From NCBI RefSeq assembly GCF_014280195.1, contig NZ_CP047960.1:2190001-2222000 (forward strand): a stretch of 32,000 nt of DNA. The letters run 5' to 3'. The DNA comes from Synechococcus sp. A15-24. GTDB taxonomy: Bacteria; Cyanobacteriota; Cyanobacteriia; PCC-6307; Cyanobiaceae. Positions 29,788 through 32,000 of this stretch are shown piece by piece. The position numbers and the translations under genes are program-made. Each line of letters begins with the position of its first letter. Positions within the stretch are counted from its first letter, which is position 1. Below the pieces are notes generated by a model. That model ran no database searches and was not told where the DNA came from. It saw only the letters and a program-made list of their open reading frames with translations.

Positions 29788-29834
29788 GAAGAAAGACACA
29801 CGGTGGATGAGACCGCCATGAGGGCGACAATAGA

Positions 29835-29876
29835 ACCGTATGAACCGTCCAAGACCCGATTTGTATCGACTACGAC
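29835..29876 (-). promoter_or_regulatory. candidate NtcA-activated promoter of urtA
   Basis: The minus strand reads GTCgtagtcgaTAC (29876-29863), one mismatch from GTA-N8-TAC. After exactly 22 nt comes TACGGT (29840-29835), which fits the TAN3T -10 consensus. That hexamer lies ~48 nt upstream of the urtA ATG. Confidence 0.5.
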
Positions 29877-29904
29877 ATTTTGAGAATTGCCGCGATTCGT
29901 TGAC

Positions 29905-30507
29905 TTAATTCGGTAGCTGTTGCAACACAAATGCCTCCACTTCCTTCAATCCTTCGCCGCTCTGGAGATTAGTGAAACACCAGGGACGCTCGCCCCGCAT
30001 TCGCTGAGTGTCCGCCTCCATCACCGAGAGGTCGGCACCCACTAGGGGTGCCAGGTCGATCTTGTTGATCACCAGCAGATCGGATCGGGTGATGCCAGGC
30101 CCTCCCTTGCGGGGAATCTTGTCCCCAGCGGCGACATCGATCACATAAATGCAGAGGTCCACCAACTCCGGACTGAAGCTGGCAGCCAAGTTGTCGCCAC
30201 CGCTTTCCACCATCACAAGATCCAGATCCGGAAACTGTTTCTCCAAATCGGCCACAGCCGCCCGGTTGATGGAACAGTCCTCACGGATCGCCGTATGCGG
30301 ACAGCCGCCCGTTTCCACGCCGCGGATCCGTTCCGGCTCAAGGGCGCCAGCGCGCGTCAAAAATTGCGCATCTTCCTGGGTGTAGATGTCGTTGGTGACA
30401 ACAGCCAGCTCAAGCTGACCGCGCAGTCTGTGGCAAAGCGCCTCCACCAACGCAGTTTTGCCGGAACCGACCGGACCGGCCACCCCAAGACGCAACTTGC
30501 TGCTCAT
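29905..30507 (-). CDS. ureG: urease accessory GTPase UreG
   Basis: '[16 protein letters not shown]' P-loop, '[13 protein letters not shown]' and 'ESGGDNL' motifs. Confidence 0.95.
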   Translation of the reverse strand: MSSKLRLGVAGPVGSGKTALVEALCHRLRGQLELAVVTNDIYTQEDAQFLTRAGALEPERIRGVETGGCPHTAIREDCSINRAAVADLEKQFPDLDLVMVESGGDNLAASFSPELVDLCIYVIDVAAGDKIPRKGGPGITRSDLLVINKIDLAPLVGADLSVMEADTQRMRGERPWCFTNLQSGEGLKEVEAFVLQQLPN

Positions 30508-31175
30508 CAGCTCCGAAACAAGCGGGAATACAACTCAGCATGAGCGAGCTGCGCCATGCCAGCCCCAACGCCGCTGGTCCACAACTGCCGGGGATCCCGT
30601 CGTTGCAGCTGCTCGGCCTGCCCAATGATGAATGGCAGCAAGCGGTTCTGCAGCTGCTGAGCCCGGCTGGGGCCCAACGGCAAGAGCCGCACCGCAGCAC
30701 TGAGCTGATTGGCGACCCAGCCGTAGAGGTAGCCCTCCACCATCTCGCTCTCCGCCACCCCCAAGGCCTGCGCTGCCCATGCCCAGGCCGCTGGCCAGCT
30801 CAACGCCACCTGCTCCGGCAAGGGGTGGCCCATCTCCGCGAGGAGATTGAGCAACGACCCACCCATCTGTCGTTGCTGAGCCCGCAGTTCAGCCGATTCA
30901 CGACCGGCCAGCAGCCAGCCATCAAGATCCAGCACCCGGCAGCAGGCCGCGGTCTCTCCTGCTGACCATGCCGTGAATGCACGCAGCAGCGATGGCAACG
31001 CCGCCGCCTCCAATCGGATCGCCCCCCGCGACAGCTCCGCCTCCAACCAGGCCTGCAGTTGCTGCTCATCTCTGATCGTCTCCGACTGGATCAGAACTTC
31101 CAATCCCTCCGAATAACTGAAGCCACCAACCGGCAGAGCGGGGCTCACCAGCTGCAGCAGCGCCAGCGAACTCAT
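30507..31175 (-). CDS. ureF: urease accessory protein UreF
   Basis: '[21 protein letters not shown]' is the canonical UreF N-terminus. There is a 1-nt TGATG overlap with ureG and an ATGA overlap with ureE. Confidence 0.9.
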   Translation of the reverse strand: MSSLALLQLVSPALPVGGFSYSEGLEVLIQSETIRDEQQLQAWLEAELSRGAIRLEAAALPSLLRAFTAWSAGETAACCRVLDLDGWLLAGRESAELRAQQRQMGGSLLNLLAEMGHPLPEQVALSWPAAWAWAAQALGVAESEMVEGYLYGWVANQLSAAVRLLPLGPSRAQQLQNRLLPFIIGQAEQLQRRDPRQLWTSGVGAGMAQLAHAELYSRLFRS

Positions 31176-31624
31176 CCGTGCTGATGGCCTGCGTAGGCGC
31201 CGCCTTCGGGCCGGAACGGTCGCTGACAGCGACTGAGCTGCAGACCACGGCTTTCCAGCATCGTCGCCAACACGGCGTCCTCCAGCAGATACAGATCCTG
31301 CTCATGCAGCTCGAGGGCCACATGTCTGTTTCCCAGGTGATAAGCCGCCTGCATCAACGCCAAGGCTGATGTCGCCCGCACCCGCAACAGCGCTTCGGTG
31401 GCTGCCGTCACTTCCACCCTGGCTGTACCAGCGGCATCACTGAGCTGATCCCCTGGCTGCAGGGCCCCGTCCCTTGGCAACTGCAACAGCACCTCCCGGC
31501 CACAGTCCGTGCGGCGACGGCCACGCACAACGCTGCGTTCATCCGCCGTGAGCGGCAACAGCAGATCAGCTTGATCAGCCCTGGCGGCAAGCCGTTGATC
31601 CAGAACAAGAACGGCCTGCGTCAC
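31172..31624 (-). CDS. ureE: urease accessory metallochaperone UreE
   Basis: 150 aa. 'LMQAAYHLGNRHVALEL' is the conserved UreE motif, and the tail is His-containing ('AGHQHG'). The start codon is GTG at 31624, with no nearby in-frame ATG. Confidence 0.85.
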   Translation of the reverse strand: MTQAVLVLDQRLAARADQADLLLPLTADERSVVRGRRRTDCGREVLLQLPRDGALQPGDQLSDAAGTARVEVTAATEALLRVRATSALALMQAAYHLGNRHVALELHEQDLYLLEDAVLATMLESRGLQLSRCQRPFRPEGGAYAGHQHG

Positions 31625-31722
31625 CCGTGCTTCACGTAGAAACTCAAGCCTGCCCAGCCGTGGGCCAGCATTTGGTGATGGTTGTTACCGAGCTTCATCC
31701 CACGGCGAAGGAGCGTGCCCCC

Positions 31723-32000
31723 ATGCAATCCCTTGAGCCCTGGCACGGCCGCTGCCGGCTGCAGTTCCAAACCACCAACGGCAGCACCAAACACCAGGGG
31801 GGATGCACAGCTCCGTTCAAGCTGCTGCGGGCAGACGTGGGGGATCACGGCCGCTGTGAGCTGCCCCTTCTCCACACCGCCGGCGGCCTGGTGGGAGGCG
31901 ATGAGCTCAGCATTGAGCTTGACCTCGGCCCTGACAGTCGCAGCCTGATCACCAGCGTGGCGGCCCAGAAGGTCTACGGCTCCGTGGGCCGCAGCCGTCT
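31723..32000 (+). CDS. ureD: urease accessory protein UreD (5' part; runs off the window end)
   Basis: Not in the ORF track because it is open-ended. My translation from the ATG at 31723 is MQSLEPWHGRCRLQFQTTNGSTKHQGGCTAPFKLLRADVGDHGRCELPLLHTAGGLVGGDELSIELDLGPDSRSLITSVAAQKVYGSVGRSR, with no stop. 'LL.TAGG.VGGD.L.I...L' and 'T.AA.KVY' are UreD/UreH motifs. AAGGAG lies ~10 nt upstream. It is divergent from ureEFG. Confidence 0.8.
   Translation, partial: MQSLEPWHGRCRLQFQTTNGSTKHQGGCTAPFKLLRADVGDHGRCELPLLHTAGGLVGGDELSIELDLGPDSRSLITSVAAQKVYGSVGRSR

Noticed and set aside
20400-29904. Mobile-element hallmarks at the borders of the two lower-GC blocks: tRNA, integrase, transposase, terminal inverted or direct repeats. 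The same check was made at 9291 and 12953.
   Set aside because: None found by eye. I therefore call these compositional islands only and do not annotate them as mobile elements.
31675-31688. GTG-N8-TAC near-match to an NtcA site in the ureE/ureD divergent region
   Set aside because: No TAN3T box lies at the 22-nt distance in either orientation, and for ureD the site is too close to the start codon.
31621-31875. 84-aa minus-strand ORF and 88-aa plus-strand ORF (31682-31948) in the ureE-ureD region
   Set aside because: Both are off-frame or antisense to the open-ended ureD reading frame, which starts at 31723 and has clear UreD motifs and an AAGGAG RBS.

Overview
This is a high-GC cyanobacterial chromosome segment. 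Hand GC counts on single 60-nt lines give 57% in pyrG and 78% in aspS. Gene content and order look like a marine Synechococcus-type picocyanobacterium, but that is inferred from gene content only because no database search was possible.

Core genes, left to right:
- speE-speB
- an orphan cNMP-binding protein
- gcvT and aspS
- a group-2 sigma-70 factor
- pyrG-queE
- [island I]
- an NAD(P) oxidoreductase
- queC-pabB-pabC
- a glucosylglycerate cluster: gpgP and a GH13_18 phosphorylase, divergent from gpgS
- [island II]
- ureG-ureF-ureE, divergent from ureD, which runs off the window end

Many neighbouring genes overlap by ATGA or TGATG, which suggests translational coupling.

Two lower-GC blocks interrupt this backbone.
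- Island I (~9.29-12.95 kb; line counts 45-52% GC) carries a single 1166-aa gene. It encodes five tandem 93-95-aa repeats, a PPC-like module, a subtilisin (S8) domain and a propeptide-like C-terminus.
- Island II (~20.4-29.9 kb; line counts 28-47% GC) carries small orphan genes, including an NblA-like 59-aa ORF, a DUF1830-like protein and a putative lipoprotein. It also carries a truncated AmiF-type formamidase remnant, an intact FmdA-type formamidase with an FmdB zinc-ribbon gene, and a complete urtABCDE transporter.

No rRNA, tRNA, CRISPR array, transposase or integrase was seen.

The items most worth follow-up:
- the dead and live pair of non-homologous formamidases beside a compositionally foreign urt operon
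- the unusual architecture of the giant S8 protein
- the degradative phosphorylase coupled to the biosynthetic phosphatase in the glucosylglycerate cluster
- the NblA-like ORF

I did not recognise a defence-type or otherwise clearly novel multi-gene system. All functional calls rest on motifs read by eye.
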